This document shows positions 30,187-39,345 of a stretch of 55,469 nucleotides of DNA, one piece after another (the stretch's first letter is position 1; each line of letters starts with the position of its first letter). Under the pieces are notes generated by a model. That model had not been told where the DNA came from, did no database searches, and was given only the letters and a program-made list of their open reading frames with translations. The DNA lies in assembly GCA_035475035.1 (NCBI GenBank), contig DATIMT010000270.1, positions 1 through 55,469 of the forward strand, written 5' to 3'. The stretch comes from Arthrobacter sp. GTDB taxonomy: Bacteria > Actinomycetota > Actinomycetes > Actinomycetales > Micrococcaceae. Position numbers and translations under genes: made by a program.

Positions 30187-32115
30187 ATGTCTGAAACCAC
30201 CACCAACACCGCGGTAGCCACTGCCTCACGCAGTGACCTGCGCAACGTCGCGATTGTGGCCCACGTTGACCACGGCAAGACCACCCTGGTCGATGCCATG
30301 CTCAAGCAGACCAACTCCTTTGCCGAGCACAACCACCTCGAGGACCGCGTGATGGACTCCGGTGACCTGGAGCGCGAAAAGGGCATCACCATCCTGGCCA
30401 AGAACACCACGGTGGCCTACAACGGTCCGTCCTCCAACGGCGAGACCATCACCATCAACGTCATCGACACCCCCGGCCACGCCGACTTCGGTGGCGAGGT
30501 GGAGCGCGGCCTGTCCATGGTTGACGGCGTCGTCCTCCTCGTCGATGCTTCTGAAGGACCGCTCCCGCAGACGCGCTTCGTGCTGCGCAAGGCCCTTGCC
30601 GCACACCTGCCGGTGATCCTGCTGGTCAATAAGACCGACCGCCCCGACGCGCGCATCGACGAAGTGGTGCACGAGTCCATGGACCTGCTGCTGGGCCTCG
30701 CCTCCGACCTCGCGGACGAAGTTCCCGACCTCGACCTGGACAAGATCCTCAACGTCCCCGTGGTCTACGCCGCAGCGAAGGTCGGCCGCGCCTCCCTCGA
30801 GCAGCCCGCCAACGGCACCGCCCCGGAGAACGAGGACCTGGAGCCGCTGTTCCAGACCATCATCGAGCACATCCCTGCACCGACGTACAACCCGGAAGGT
30901 GTCCTGCAGGCGCACGTCACCAACCTGGACGCTTCCCCGTTCCTCGGCCGCCTGGCCCTGCTCCGCATCTACAACGGCACCCTGCGCAAGGGCCAGACCG
31001 TCGCCTGGGCACGGGCCAATGGCGAACTCAAGAACGTCAAGATCACCGAACTCCTCGCCACCAAGGCCCTGGATCGCGTCCCGGCCGAGTCCGCGGGCCC
31101 GGGCGAGATTGTCGCCGTCGCCGGCATCGAGGAGATCACCATCGGTGAGACCCTGACCGACGCCGATAACCCGCAGCCGCTGCCGCTGATCACCGTGGAC
31201 GATCCCGCCATCTCCATGACCATCGGTATCAACACCTCCCCGCTGGCCGGCAAGGTCAAGGGCGCCAAGGTCACCGCCCGCCAGGTCAAGGACCGCCTGG
31301 ACAAGGAACTGATCGGTAACGTCTCCATCAAGGTGCTGCCCACCGAGCGTCCCGACGCCTGGGAAGTCCAGGGCCGTGGCGAGCTGGCGCTGGCCATCCT
31401 CGTTGAGCAGATGCGCCGTGAAGGCTTTGAGCTGACGGTCGGCAAGCCGCAGGTTGTCACCAAGACCATCGACGGCAAGATCCACGAGCCCATGGAGCAC
31501 ATGACCATCGACGTCCCCGAGGAATACCTCGGTGCCGTCACGCAGCTCATGGCGGCCCGCAAGGGCCGCATGACCAACATGGCCAACCACGGTACCGGCT
31601 GGTGCCGCATGGAGTTCATCGTGCCGGCCCGTGGCCTGATCGGTTTCCGCACCCGGTTCCTCACCGACACCCGCGGTGCAGGTATCGCGGCCTCGATCTC
31701 CGAGGGCTACGAGCCGTGGGCCGGTCCCATCGAGTACCGCACCAACGGCTCCATGATTGCCGACCGCGCCGGTGTGGTGACCCCGTTCGCCATGATCAAC
31801 CTGCAGGAACGCGGCTCCTTCTTCGTGAAGCCCACGTCCGAGGTGTACGAAGGCATGATCGTGGGCGAGAACTCCCGCGCCGACGACATGGACGTAAATA
31901 TCACCAAGGAAAAGAAGCTCACCAACATGCGTGCAGCTTCTTCGGACACCTTCGAGAACCTGACCCCGCCACGTGACCTGACCCTTGAAGAGTCCCTCGA
32001 ATTCGCCCGCGAGGACGAATGCGTCGAGGTGACCCCGGAAGCCATCCGCATCCGTAAGGTCATCCTGGACACCAACGAGCGCGCCAAGGCCAACCGCGCC
32101 CGCGCCAAGGCGTAA
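30187..32115 (+). CDS. typA: Translational GTPase TypA/BipA
   Basis: [51 protein letters not shown]. Confidence 0.98.
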   Translation: MSETTTNTAVATASRSDLRNVAIVAHVDHGKTTLVDAMLKQTNSFAEHNHLEDRVMDSGDLEREKGITILAKNTTVAYNGPSSNGETITINVIDTPGHADFGGEVERGLSMVDGVVLLVDASEGPLPQTRFVLRKALAAHLPVILLVNKTDRPDARIDEVVHESMDLLLGLASDLADEVPDLDLDKILNVPVVYAAAKVGRASLEQPANGTAPENEDLEPLFQTIIEHIPAPTYNPEGVLQAHVTNLDASPFLGRLALLRIYNGTLRKGQTVAWARANGELKNVKITELLATKALDRVPAESAGPGEIVAVAGIEEITIGETLTDADNPQPLPLITVDDPAISMTIGINTSPLAGKVKGAKVTARQVKDRLDKELIGNVSIKVLPTERPDAWEVQGRGELALAILVEQMRREGFELTVGKPQVVTKTIDGKIHEPMEHMTIDVPEEYLGAVTQLMAARKGRMTNMANHGTGWCRMEFIVPARGLIGFRTRFLTDTRGAGIAASISEGYEPWAGPIEYRTNGSMIADRAGVVTPFAMINLQERGSFFVKPTSEVYEGMIVGENSRADDMDVNITKEKKLTNMRAASSDTFENLTPPRDLTLEESLEFAREDECVEVTPEAIRIRKVILDTNERAKANRARAKA

Positions 32116-32131
32116 CAACGCCCTGATTGCA

Positions 32132-32171
32132 CAGAATGCCACCGGCTTCGCGCCGGTGGCATTCTGCGTTT
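32132..32171 (+). terminator. typA terminator
   Basis: CAGAATGCCACCGGC / GCCGGTGGCATTCTG followed by CGTTT. Confidence 0.85.
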
Positions 32172-32537
32172 AAGCCCCGCCACGCACCTACCCCTTCCTT
32201 GGCTGCCGGGGACAATGCGCGCGCTGAGAGGTGAAATCCCCGGTTGCGTGGTACATTGCACCGACCTTCCGCTGACTCCTCTGGACGTCGTTTGCCAGTC
32301 TCTCCGCTGTCTGCCGTGCCGTCGCCCGGTATCTGCTGGAAGGGCGGTGCTGACGGTCGGGTTGCAGGCGAACATTCCTGGCATGGGCCATCTGGATCTT
32401 CTTGTTGATGGCCTGCTCGGCATTGGAACCCGGGGAGTTCGTTGGGATGGTCCGTCAGGCCCTGGCAGCGTACCGTGCTGCGTATCGAAGCGCATCATGG
32501 GCGCGCAGGGGCAGTCCCGGCGCGCTGAACCCGGTCG

Positions 32538-32774
32538 TCAGCGCGTTGGCCGACGCGGGGGAGCGGGCGGGACTTCCTTGGCGGCCACCACACGGTCAAG
32601 GGGAATGACGACGTCGGCCTGCCGGGTGCGGACGGTGCAGGAACCGGCGTCACACCCCAGCAGGTGGCCCAGGGCGTCCGTCAGTCCTTCCTCGATCCGG
32701 TAGCGCACCACCACCCGGATGCCGGGCGCAGCCGAGGCAAGGAACCGGGCGGGCGCAGGGACTGGCTGACTCAC
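32538..32774 (-). CDS. Small beta-rich (SH3-like) protein resembling the N-terminal domain of actinobacterial GNAT acetyltransferases
   Basis: G.RVVVRYR...TDALG.L...VVAAK.VPP pattern; TAGTAT -10 six nt before GTG. Confidence 0.7.
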   Translation of the reverse strand: MSQPVPAPARFLASAAPGIRVVVRYRIEEGLTDALGHLLGCDAGSCTVRTRQADVVIPLDRVVAAKEVPPAPPRRPTR

Positions 32775-32910
32775 CAGTTCATACTAGGGGCCCGGCTAGG
32801 TTCGCGGTAATGGACTGGGAGATAATAAGCTCAGATGTCGAGAGTCCGGCCGTGTTGCCGGATGCAAGAGCCGGCGGGACGCCGGAACCCAACGTGGAGA
32901 GGCCAGGGAC

Positions 32911-33237
32911 GTGACGTACGTAATCGCGCAGCCGTGTGTGGATGTTAAGGACAAGGCATGCATCGAGGAATGCCCGGTCGACTGCATCTATGAAGGCGAG
33001 CGTTCGCTGTACATCCATCCGGATGAGTGCGTCGACTGCGGTGCCTGCGAGCCGGTATGCCCGGTGGAGGCCATCTACTACGAGGATGACACCCCGGAGG
33101 AGTGGGCCGACTACTACAAGGCCAACGTGGAGTTCTTCGACGACCTCGGTTCCCCGGGCGGCGCTGCCAAGATCGGCAACACGGGCAAGGACCACCCGAT
33201 GATCGCCGCCCTGCCGCCGCAGAACCAAGACCACTAA
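32911..33237 (+). CDS. fdxA: 7Fe ferredoxin ([3Fe-4S]+[4Fe-4S])
   Basis: CVDVKDKACIEECPVDCI and CVDCGACEPVCP. Confidence 0.97.
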   Translation: MTYVIAQPCVDVKDKACIEECPVDCIYEGERSLYIHPDECVDCGACEPVCPVEAIYYEDDTPEEWADYYKANVEFFDDLGSPGGAAKIGNTGKDHPMIAALPPQNQDH

Positions 33238-33251
33238 AGCGGACGGAAGCA

Positions 33252-34403
33252 GTGACCGCAGCAGTGAATTCATTTGGCCTTGACCTGCCCGACTACCCCT
33301 GGGAGGCCATGGCACCGTACGTGGCCAAGGCGTCGGAGCATCCCGGCGGAGCCGTGAACCTCTCCATCGGTACACCCGTGGATCCCACGCCGCAGCTGGT
33401 GCAGGATGCACTGAAGGCGGCTGCAAACGCCCCGGGCTACCCCACCGTGCACGGCACCCCGGCGCTCCGGGAAGCCATCGCGGGCTGGTTCGAACGCCGG
33501 CGTGGTGTTTCCGGCCTCGATCCCCGCAACATCATGCCCACCGTTGGCTCCAAGGAACTCGTTGCCTGGCTCCCGCTGCTGCTGGGCCTCAAGCCCGGAG
33601 ACGTCGTCGTACGCCCCAAGGTGGCCTACCCCACGTACGATATCGGTGCCACCCTCGCCGGGGTCACGTCCGTTGCCACGGACAACCTGGACGAACTCGA
33701 CGATTCCACCCGCTCACGCGTCCGGCTCATCTGGGTCAACTCGCCCGGCAACCCCACAGGAAGCGTGCGCGACACGGACTCACTGAAGGCTTTGGTGGAG
33801 CAGGCACGTGGTCTGGGCGCCGTGGTGGCCTCGGACGAATGCTACGCCGAGCTAGGCTGGGGCGAATGGGACGTCCAGCGCGGCGGCAACCGCGTCCCCA
33901 GCATCCTCGATCCGCGCGTGGCCGGCGGCTCGCACCACGGCCTGCTGGCCGTCTACTCGCTGAGCAAGCAGTCCAACCTGGCAGGTTACCGTGCAGCATT
34001 CGTGGCCGGCGATCCGGACCTGATGCCCAACCTGGTCAACAGCCGCAAGCACGCAGGCATGATTGTGCCCTACCCGGTCCAGGAGGCCATGCGGGTGGCC
34101 CTGGGCGACGACGCCCACGTGGAGGCCCAGAAGGACCTGTACCGGGGCCGGCGCGAACGGCTGGTGCCCGCGTTGCTGGACTTTGGCCTGGAGATCAAGG
34201 AATCCGATGCCGGCCTGTACCTTTGGTCGACGGCGGGGGAGGACACGTGGGCTACGGTTGCCCGCCTGGCCGAACGGGGCATCGTGGTGGGACCGGGCGT
34301 CTTCTATGGGGATGCGGGCAACGGCTATGTCCGGGTTGCCCTCACCGGATCCGACGAGCGGATCGACGCAGCCGTTTCCCGGCTCGCCCGATCCGGATCC
34401 TAA
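33252..34403 (+). CDS. dapC: N-succinyldiaminopimelate aminotransferase
   Basis: LPDYPW, LSIGTPVDP, NSPGNPTG, SLSKQSNLAGYR; follows fdxA. Confidence 0.95.
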   Translation: MTAAVNSFGLDLPDYPWEAMAPYVAKASEHPGGAVNLSIGTPVDPTPQLVQDALKAAANAPGYPTVHGTPALREAIAGWFERRRGVSGLDPRNIMPTVGSKELVAWLPLLLGLKPGDVVVRPKVAYPTYDIGATLAGVTSVATDNLDELDDSTRSRVRLIWVNSPGNPTGSVRDTDSLKALVEQARGLGAVVASDECYAELGWGEWDVQRGGNRVPSILDPRVAGGSHHGLLAVYSLSKQSNLAGYRAAFVAGDPDLMPNLVNSRKHAGMIVPYPVQEAMRVALGDDAHVEAQKDLYRGRRERLVPALLDFGLEIKESDAGLYLWSTAGEDTWATVARLAERGIVVGPGVFYGDAGNGYVRVALTGSDERIDAAVSRLARSGS

Positions 34404-34419
34404 GTGCACGTAACATTGG

Positions 34420-34435
34420 TGTGACTCGCCCCACA
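34420..34435. promoter_or_regulatory. CRP/GlxR-type binding site upstream of gltA
   Basis: TGTGA-CTCGCC-CCACA, 9/10 match to TGTGA-N6-TCACA. Confidence 0.6.
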
Positions 34436-34640
34436 TCCGGCGCATTTTAAGGTGCATGGGAAGCCTGCGGATTAGTGACACCCGCCAAGGAGCGGTACTT
34501 TTTAAGTGACGATCAATGGTGGCTTTCTACAAGAAGGCAGCCCGGGTGTTGGAACCTGTCTTCACAGGCTTCGTGCGCGGCTCACCTGATATTGGATCAA
34601 GCTTTCGACAGAGGCCCAGAAGCCTCATGAAGGGGACTCC

Positions 34641-35927
34641 ATGACTGAGACCAACAATGCTGCGACCCTGGTCCACGCAGGTGGCGAGCTGAAGCTCCCG
34701 CGCATCCAGGTTGTTGAAGGGAACGAAGGTTACGACGTTTCCAAGCTGCTGAAGCAGACCGGTGCCGTGACCTTTGACCCCGGCTTCATGAACACCGCCG
34801 CAACCACCTCGGCAATCACGTACATCGATGGCGATGCCGGAATCCTGCGCTACCGCGGGTACCCGATCGAGCAGCTGGCGCAGCACTCCAGCTTCCTTGA
34901 GGTGTCCTACCTGCTGATCTACGGCAACCTGCCCACGCCCACCGAGCTGGACGAATTTGACCAGAAGATCCGGCGTCACACCCTGCTGCACGAGGAACTC
35001 AAGGGTTTCTTCGGCGGCTTCCCCCGCGACGCGCACCCCATGCCGGTGCTGTCGTCTGCCGTGTCCGCGCTGTCCACGTTCTACCAGGACTCGCTGGACC
35101 CGTTCAACGCTGAACAGGTGGAGGTCTCCACCATCCGCCTCATGGCCAAGCTGCCGGTCATAGCTGCCTACGCGCACAAGAAGTCCATCGGCCAGCCCAT
35201 GCTGTACCCGGACAACTCCATGAACCTGGTGGAGAATTTCCTGCGCCTCAGCTTCGGCCTGCCCGCCGAACAGTACGAGGTGGACCCGGTGGTGGCCAAG
35301 GCGCTGGACCTCCTCCTCATCCTCCACGCCGACCACGAGCAGAACTGCTCCACGTCCACGGTGCGCCTGGTGGGCTCCTCCAACGCCAACCTCTTTGCGT
35401 CCGTTTCCGCCGGCATCAACGCCCTCTTCGGGCCGGCCCACGGCGGCGCCAACGAGGCCGTGCTGAAGATGCTCCGCCAGATCCAGGCCGAGGGCCTCAA
35501 GCCCGAGGACTACATGGAGAAGGTGAAGAACAAGGAAGACGGCGTCCGCCTCATGGGCTTCGGGCACCGCGTGTACAAGAACTACGATCCGCGCGCCAAG
35601 ATCGTCAAGGCCACGGCCCACGAGATCCTCAGCAAGCTCGGCGGCAACGACGAGCTGCTGGACATCGCCATGCGCCTGGAAGAGAAGGCGCTCAGCGATG
35701 ACTACTTCATCCAGCGCAAGCTCTACCCGAACGTGGACTTCTACACCGGGCTGATCTACAAGGCCATGGGCTTCCCCGAGAAGATGTTCACCGTGCTGTT
35801 CGCCATCGGCCGCCTGCCGGGCTGGATTGCCCAGTGGCGCGAGATGATCAGCGACCCCAACACCAAGATCGGCCGCCCGCGCCAGCTGTACATCGGCGAG
35901 CCGGAGCGTGACTACCCGGTCCGCTGA
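34641..35927 (+). CDS. gltA: Citrate synthase (type II-like)
   Basis: GILRYRGYPIEQL, LHADHEQNCST, HGGANE, MGFGHRVYKNYDPRA, YPNVDFY. Confidence 0.98.
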   Translation: MTETNNAATLVHAGGELKLPRIQVVEGNEGYDVSKLLKQTGAVTFDPGFMNTAATTSAITYIDGDAGILRYRGYPIEQLAQHSSFLEVSYLLIYGNLPTPTELDEFDQKIRRHTLLHEELKGFFGGFPRDAHPMPVLSSAVSALSTFYQDSLDPFNAEQVEVSTIRLMAKLPVIAAYAHKKSIGQPMLYPDNSMNLVENFLRLSFGLPAEQYEVDPVVAKALDLLLILHADHEQNCSTSTVRLVGSSNANLFASVSAGINALFGPAHGGANEAVLKMLRQIQAEGLKPEDYMEKVKNKEDGVRLMGFGHRVYKNYDPRAKIVKATAHEILSKLGGNDELLDIAMRLEEKALSDDYFIQRKLYPNVDFYTGLIYKAMGFPEKMFTVLFAIGRLPGWIAQWREMISDPNTKIGRPRQLYIGEPERDYPVR

Positions 35928-35945
35928 TTGTCCTGAATTACGACG

Positions 35946-35978
35946 ACGGCCGCCCACCTTCCACAGGTGGGCGGCCGT
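35946..35978. terminator. Bidirectional terminator gltA/galE
   Basis: ACGGCCGCCCACCT / AGGTGGGCGGCCGT. Confidence 0.85.
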
Positions 35979-35997
35979 TCGTGTTTAATCGCCAGGG

Positions 35998-37011
35998 TCA
36001 GGAGTTGTAGCCCTCGGGGTTGTTCTTCTGCCAGCGCCAGTGGTCCTCGCACATCTGGTCCACGGTCTTGCTGGTGGACCAGCCGAGGTCGGCCAGGGCG
36101 GAGCCGGCATCAGCCCAGAACGCCGGCAGGTCCCCTGCGCGGCGGCCCGTGATCTCGAACGGGATGGGCTTGCCCACCGCCTTCTCAAAGGAGCGCAGCA
36201 CCTCCAGGACGGAGGAGCCCTTGCCGGAACCCAGGTTCCAGCGGAAGACGCCTGTACGCCCTGCGATGTGGTCCAGGGCGGCGACGTGCCCCTCCGCAAG
36301 GTCCACCACATGGATGTAGTCGCGCAGGCAGGTGCCGTCGGGGGTGTCGTAGTCGCCGCCAAAGACTATGAGCTTCTCGCGGCGGCCCACGGCTACCTGG
36401 GCAATGAACGGGACCAGGTTGTTGGGGATGCCCTGGGGGTCTTCGCCGATGCGGCCTGAGGGGTGCGCGCCCACGGGGTTGAAGTAGCGCAGGAGTGCTA
36501 TGTGCCAGCGGGGGTCGGCCGCGCCCAGGTCCGAGAGGATGTCCTCGATCTGTTCCTTGGTGCGTCCATAGGGGTTGTTGGCGCCGATCTCCATCTTCTC
36601 CACGTAGGGGATGGCATTGTGCTCACCGTAAACGGTGGCTGAGGAGCTGAAGACGATGGACCGGACGCCGTGCCTGTCCATGACGCGGATCAGGTTCAGG
36701 GTGCCCACCAGGTTGTTGTAGTAGTACTTCAGCGGCTCCTGGACTGATTCCCCCACGGCCTTGAGGCCTGCGAAGTGGATGACTGCGTCGATGGCACTGC
36801 CGGCAAAGACCTTTTCGACGGCGGCCTCGTCCACGAGGTCAACGTTGTGGAACTCTGCGGTCTTGCCGCTCAGTTCAGCCACGCGGCGCAGCGACTCCTC
36901 GCTGGAGTTAACCAGGTTGTCGATGACGACCACGTCATGGCCGGCTTCCTGCAGGGAAAGGACGGTGTGGGAACCGATGTATCCGGTGCCCCCGGTAACC
37001 AAGATTTTCAT
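35998..37011 (-). CDS. galE: UDP-glucose 4-epimerase
   Basis: TGGTGYIGSH, HFAGLKAVGES, SSSATVYG, YGRTK, LRYFNPVGAH. Confidence 0.97.
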   Translation of the reverse strand: MKILVTGGTGYIGSHTVLSLQEAGHDVVVIDNLVNSSEESLRRVAELSGKTAEFHNVDLVDEAAVEKVFAGSAIDAVIHFAGLKAVGESVQEPLKYYYNNLVGTLNLIRVMDRHGVRSIVFSSSATVYGEHNAIPYVEKMEIGANNPYGRTKEQIEDILSDLGAADPRWHIALLRYFNPVGAHPSGRIGEDPQGIPNNLVPFIAQVAVGRREKLIVFGGDYDTPDGTCLRDYIHVVDLAEGHVAALDHIAGRTGVFRWNLGSGKGSSVLEVLRSFEKAVGKPIPFEITGRRAGDLPAFWADAGSALADLGWSTSKTVDQMCEDHWRWQKNNPEGYNS

Positions 37012-37085
37012 GCCTCAACGCTATCCCACGGGGAGTGGTGTCCGCCCCTGTGTCCCGGATGGCGGGCCGCTGGCTCCGCAGTGGA

Positions 37086-37099
37086 AGCACAAGTGTGCT
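37086..37099. promoter_or_regulatory. Candidate TetR auto-operator
   Basis: AGCACA-AG-TGTGCT palindrome just before the tetR start. Confidence 0.55.
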
Positions 37100-37106
37100 A
37101 ATAAGA

Positions 37107-37718
37107 ATGGTGCCCAAAATAGTAGATGCCGACGCCAGGCGGCAGGACGTAGTTCAAGCGGTTCTCCGGATCATCGCCGTCGACGGGCTGGAACGGGCTT
37201 CACTGCGCGAAGTGGCGGACGAGGCCGGCCTTGCCGTCGGCTCTGTCCGGCACTACTTCGAGGGCAGTGAGGAACTCCTGGCGTTTTCGTTCGGGGTGGT
37301 AGTGGACCGGGTGGTCCGCCGTCTTGAGGGCCTGCTTCCGGACGTGCAGGTGGCTGCGCAGTCCAGTCTGGAACAGCGGCAGGCCGTTTTAACCCTGCTG
37401 GGTGGAATGCTCCCCCTGGATGAGGAAACAGCTGTTGAAGCGTGCGCCCTGCTGGCCTTCAAGAACGCGGCGCGGATCAGGCCATTCCTCGCCGCGGAAG
37501 CCGACCGGAGCCATCGCGAAGTCGCGGCCATCGTTGGCGGGGTGGTTGCCGCCCTGCTCCCGGACGGTGAACCGCAGGAGAACCTGGTGGTGGAGGCGGA
37601 ACGGCTCCTGGCCACACTCGACGGTCTCTGCATGCACGCCCTCCTGCAACCGGGCTGGATGACGGCGCAAATGTGCCGCGAGGTACTGGAACGGCACTTG
37701 GATGGTCTGGCGCGGTAG
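37107..37718 (+). CDS. TetR/AcrR family regulator (BetI-like C-terminus)
   Basis: GLERASLREVADEAGLAVGSVRHYF HTH; start 37107 or 37110. Confidence 0.93.
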   Translation: MVPKIVDADARRQDVVQAVLRIIAVDGLERASLREVADEAGLAVGSVRHYFEGSEELLAFSFGVVVDRVVRRLEGLLPDVQVAAQSSLEQRQAVLTLLGGMLPLDEETAVEACALLAFKNAARIRPFLAAEADRSHREVAAIVGGVVAALLPDGEPQENLVVEAERLLATLDGLCMHALLQPGWMTAQMCREVLERHLDGLAR

Positions 37719-37842
37719 GCCTTCCGGCCGATCCCCAGCCTGTCCTGCACTACCGCAAACGGGCTGCGGGAATAGACTGATAGCCGGGTGCGGCGGCCCG
37801 CGTCATGCCGTCCGGCATGAGGAGGCCAGGGAAGGACTTCGG

Positions 37843-38454
37843 ATGCATCACGCAAGCGGTTCAGGGTGGAAGATCACCACCGACACGTCCGGGCCGATGA
37901 TGATCGCGCTCTACGTCCGGGACGCGGCCGGCTTGAACGGAGTGGGGAACCCGATGCTGTCCCATGCCTCGCCCAAAATCCGGTCCGCTGACCACACGCA
38001 CCTGACGGCAGAGGTTGGTGGGCTTAGCGCCTTGAAGACCGAGTGGGAGGCATGGTGGGAGCAGCTGCTGAAGGCCTACCCGCATACTTCCCCGGAACTC
38101 TCCCCGCCCAGTTTTGATGCGTTTGGCAACTCTCCGGCCCTCCAGCGGGTCCTGCAGGCACATTTTGGCTCCGCCCTCACCTGGGCCAGGGAACGCAGGA
38201 GCGAATATGCCGAGCTTGAGGCCGAACGCGTGGCCTCCGGAATCGACCAGTTGCTCGAGGACATGGTGGACGACAGGCTGATGGAAGTGGGGCGGGACTC
38301 GCGGGACTTCACGCTGACCATCATCGAAATGCCGCTGGATGAGCAGCGGGCCTGGTACCTGGAGCCGGACAAGATCATCATGAGCCGGCACTTGATGGGG
38401 CAGCCGGACCTGTTCCGCAGCTACGTCCAGCCGGTGCTGGAAATCCTGGTCTAG
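37843..38454 (+). CDS. Hypothetical protein
   Basis: Coding-like GC3, GAAGGA SD, ALYVRDAAGL and W..WW motifs; no family recognised. Confidence 0.8.
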   Translation: MHHASGSGWKITTDTSGPMMIALYVRDAAGLNGVGNPMLSHASPKIRSADHTHLTAEVGGLSALKTEWEAWWEQLLKAYPHTSPELSPPSFDAFGNSPALQRVLQAHFGSALTWARERRSEYAELEAERVASGIDQLLEDMVDDRLMEVGRDSRDFTLTIIEMPLDEQRAWYLEPDKIIMSRHLMGQPDLFRSYVQPVLEILV

Positions 38455-38484
38455 CCCCTCCGGCCGGCAGGACGACGGCGGTTC

Positions 38485-39339
38485 TCAGGCGCCGTCGGCC
38501 TGCCGGACGGTGATGCGCACCTGCCCGTCCGGAGCTCCGGACGCCTGCCAGCGGTCGCCGTCGGGACGTTGCCATGTGCGGCCGGCTACATCCACCTGGG
38601 TAACGTCCAGGTCCTTGGCGCTGGCAACGGCCCACTGGGCAATCGACCACGCCAATGCTCCGTCCGCATCCACCACAAGGGTGGCCCCGTCCACCTGGGA
38701 ATCCACGCCGCCGTAGGCCTGCTCCAGCGTCGAGGCCACCGATTCCGTGGTCCCGCCGGCAGTGGGGGAGCGCAGGGTGCATTGGACTCCCGCCGGTGTC
38801 TGTCCGGTTAGTCCGGAGGCAAAGGCCCGCCCCATGTCCTCGTGCTGGGCGTATGCCTTGGGATAGGCGGACCGCTGGACCCGCTGGGCCGCGTCCGTGA
38901 TGTCCAGCGCCTCGTACCCCGGGATTTTCACCAGCGCGTCGTAGAAGGCGTTGACGGCGTAGTAAGGGTTCATGATCTCGGCCTCAGTGCCCCAGCCCTG
39001 GGACGGCCGCTGCTGGAAGAGCCCCCGCGAGTCCGGGCCGGCCTGGTCGCCATGCCCGATATTGCGCAGCTTCGACTCCTGCATGGCCGTGGCCAGGGCG
39101 ATGGTGGCGGCCCGTGGCGGCAGTCCCCGCCGGACAGCGGCTGCGGTGATCAGCGCAGCGTTGGCCGCCTGGTCCGGAGCAAGCTCCCCCGTCCGGTTGC
39201 CTGCCTCGGCCGTGCAGCGTTCCGACACCAGGGTTTCGGAACGCTGCACGAAGTAGACCGCTGTGTAGATGCCTCCCGCTGCCAGCGCGAGGGTGAGCAG
39301 CAGCACCGCCAGGCGGCGCAGGCCGCGTCTTCGTGCCAC
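38485..39339 (-). CDS. Membrane-anchored protein with lysozyme/lytic transglycosylase-like domain
   Basis: N-terminal basic stretch plus TM; ALATAMQES.L.N, DSRGLFQQRPSQGWG, AQRVQRSAYP.AY. Confidence 0.75.
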   Translation of the reverse strand: MARRRGLRRLAVLLLTLALAAGGIYTAVYFVQRSETLVSERCTAEAGNRTGELAPDQAANAALITAAAVRRGLPPRAATIALATAMQESKLRNIGHGDQAGPDSRGLFQQRPSQGWGTEAEIMNPYYAVNAFYDALVKIPGYEALDITDAAQRVQRSAYPKAYAQHEDMGRAFASGLTGQTPAGVQCTLRSPTAGGTTESVASTLEQAYGGVDSQVDGATLVVDADGALAWSIAQWAVASAKDLDVTQVDVAGRTWQRPDGDRWQASGAPDGQVRITVRQADGA

Positions 39340-39345
39340 GAAGGA

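Noticed and set aside
30226-32142. 638-aa antisense ORF opposite typA, and similar long antisense ORFs over xseA, ychF, gltA, dapD and the MgtE-like gene
   Set aside because: Expected shadow ORFs of high-GC3 coding strands; no motifs or translation signals
32200-32260. TPP-riboswitch-like GGGG...CTGAGA...CCCC
   Set aside because: The downstream ACCTGA core is missing and no thiamine-related gene follows
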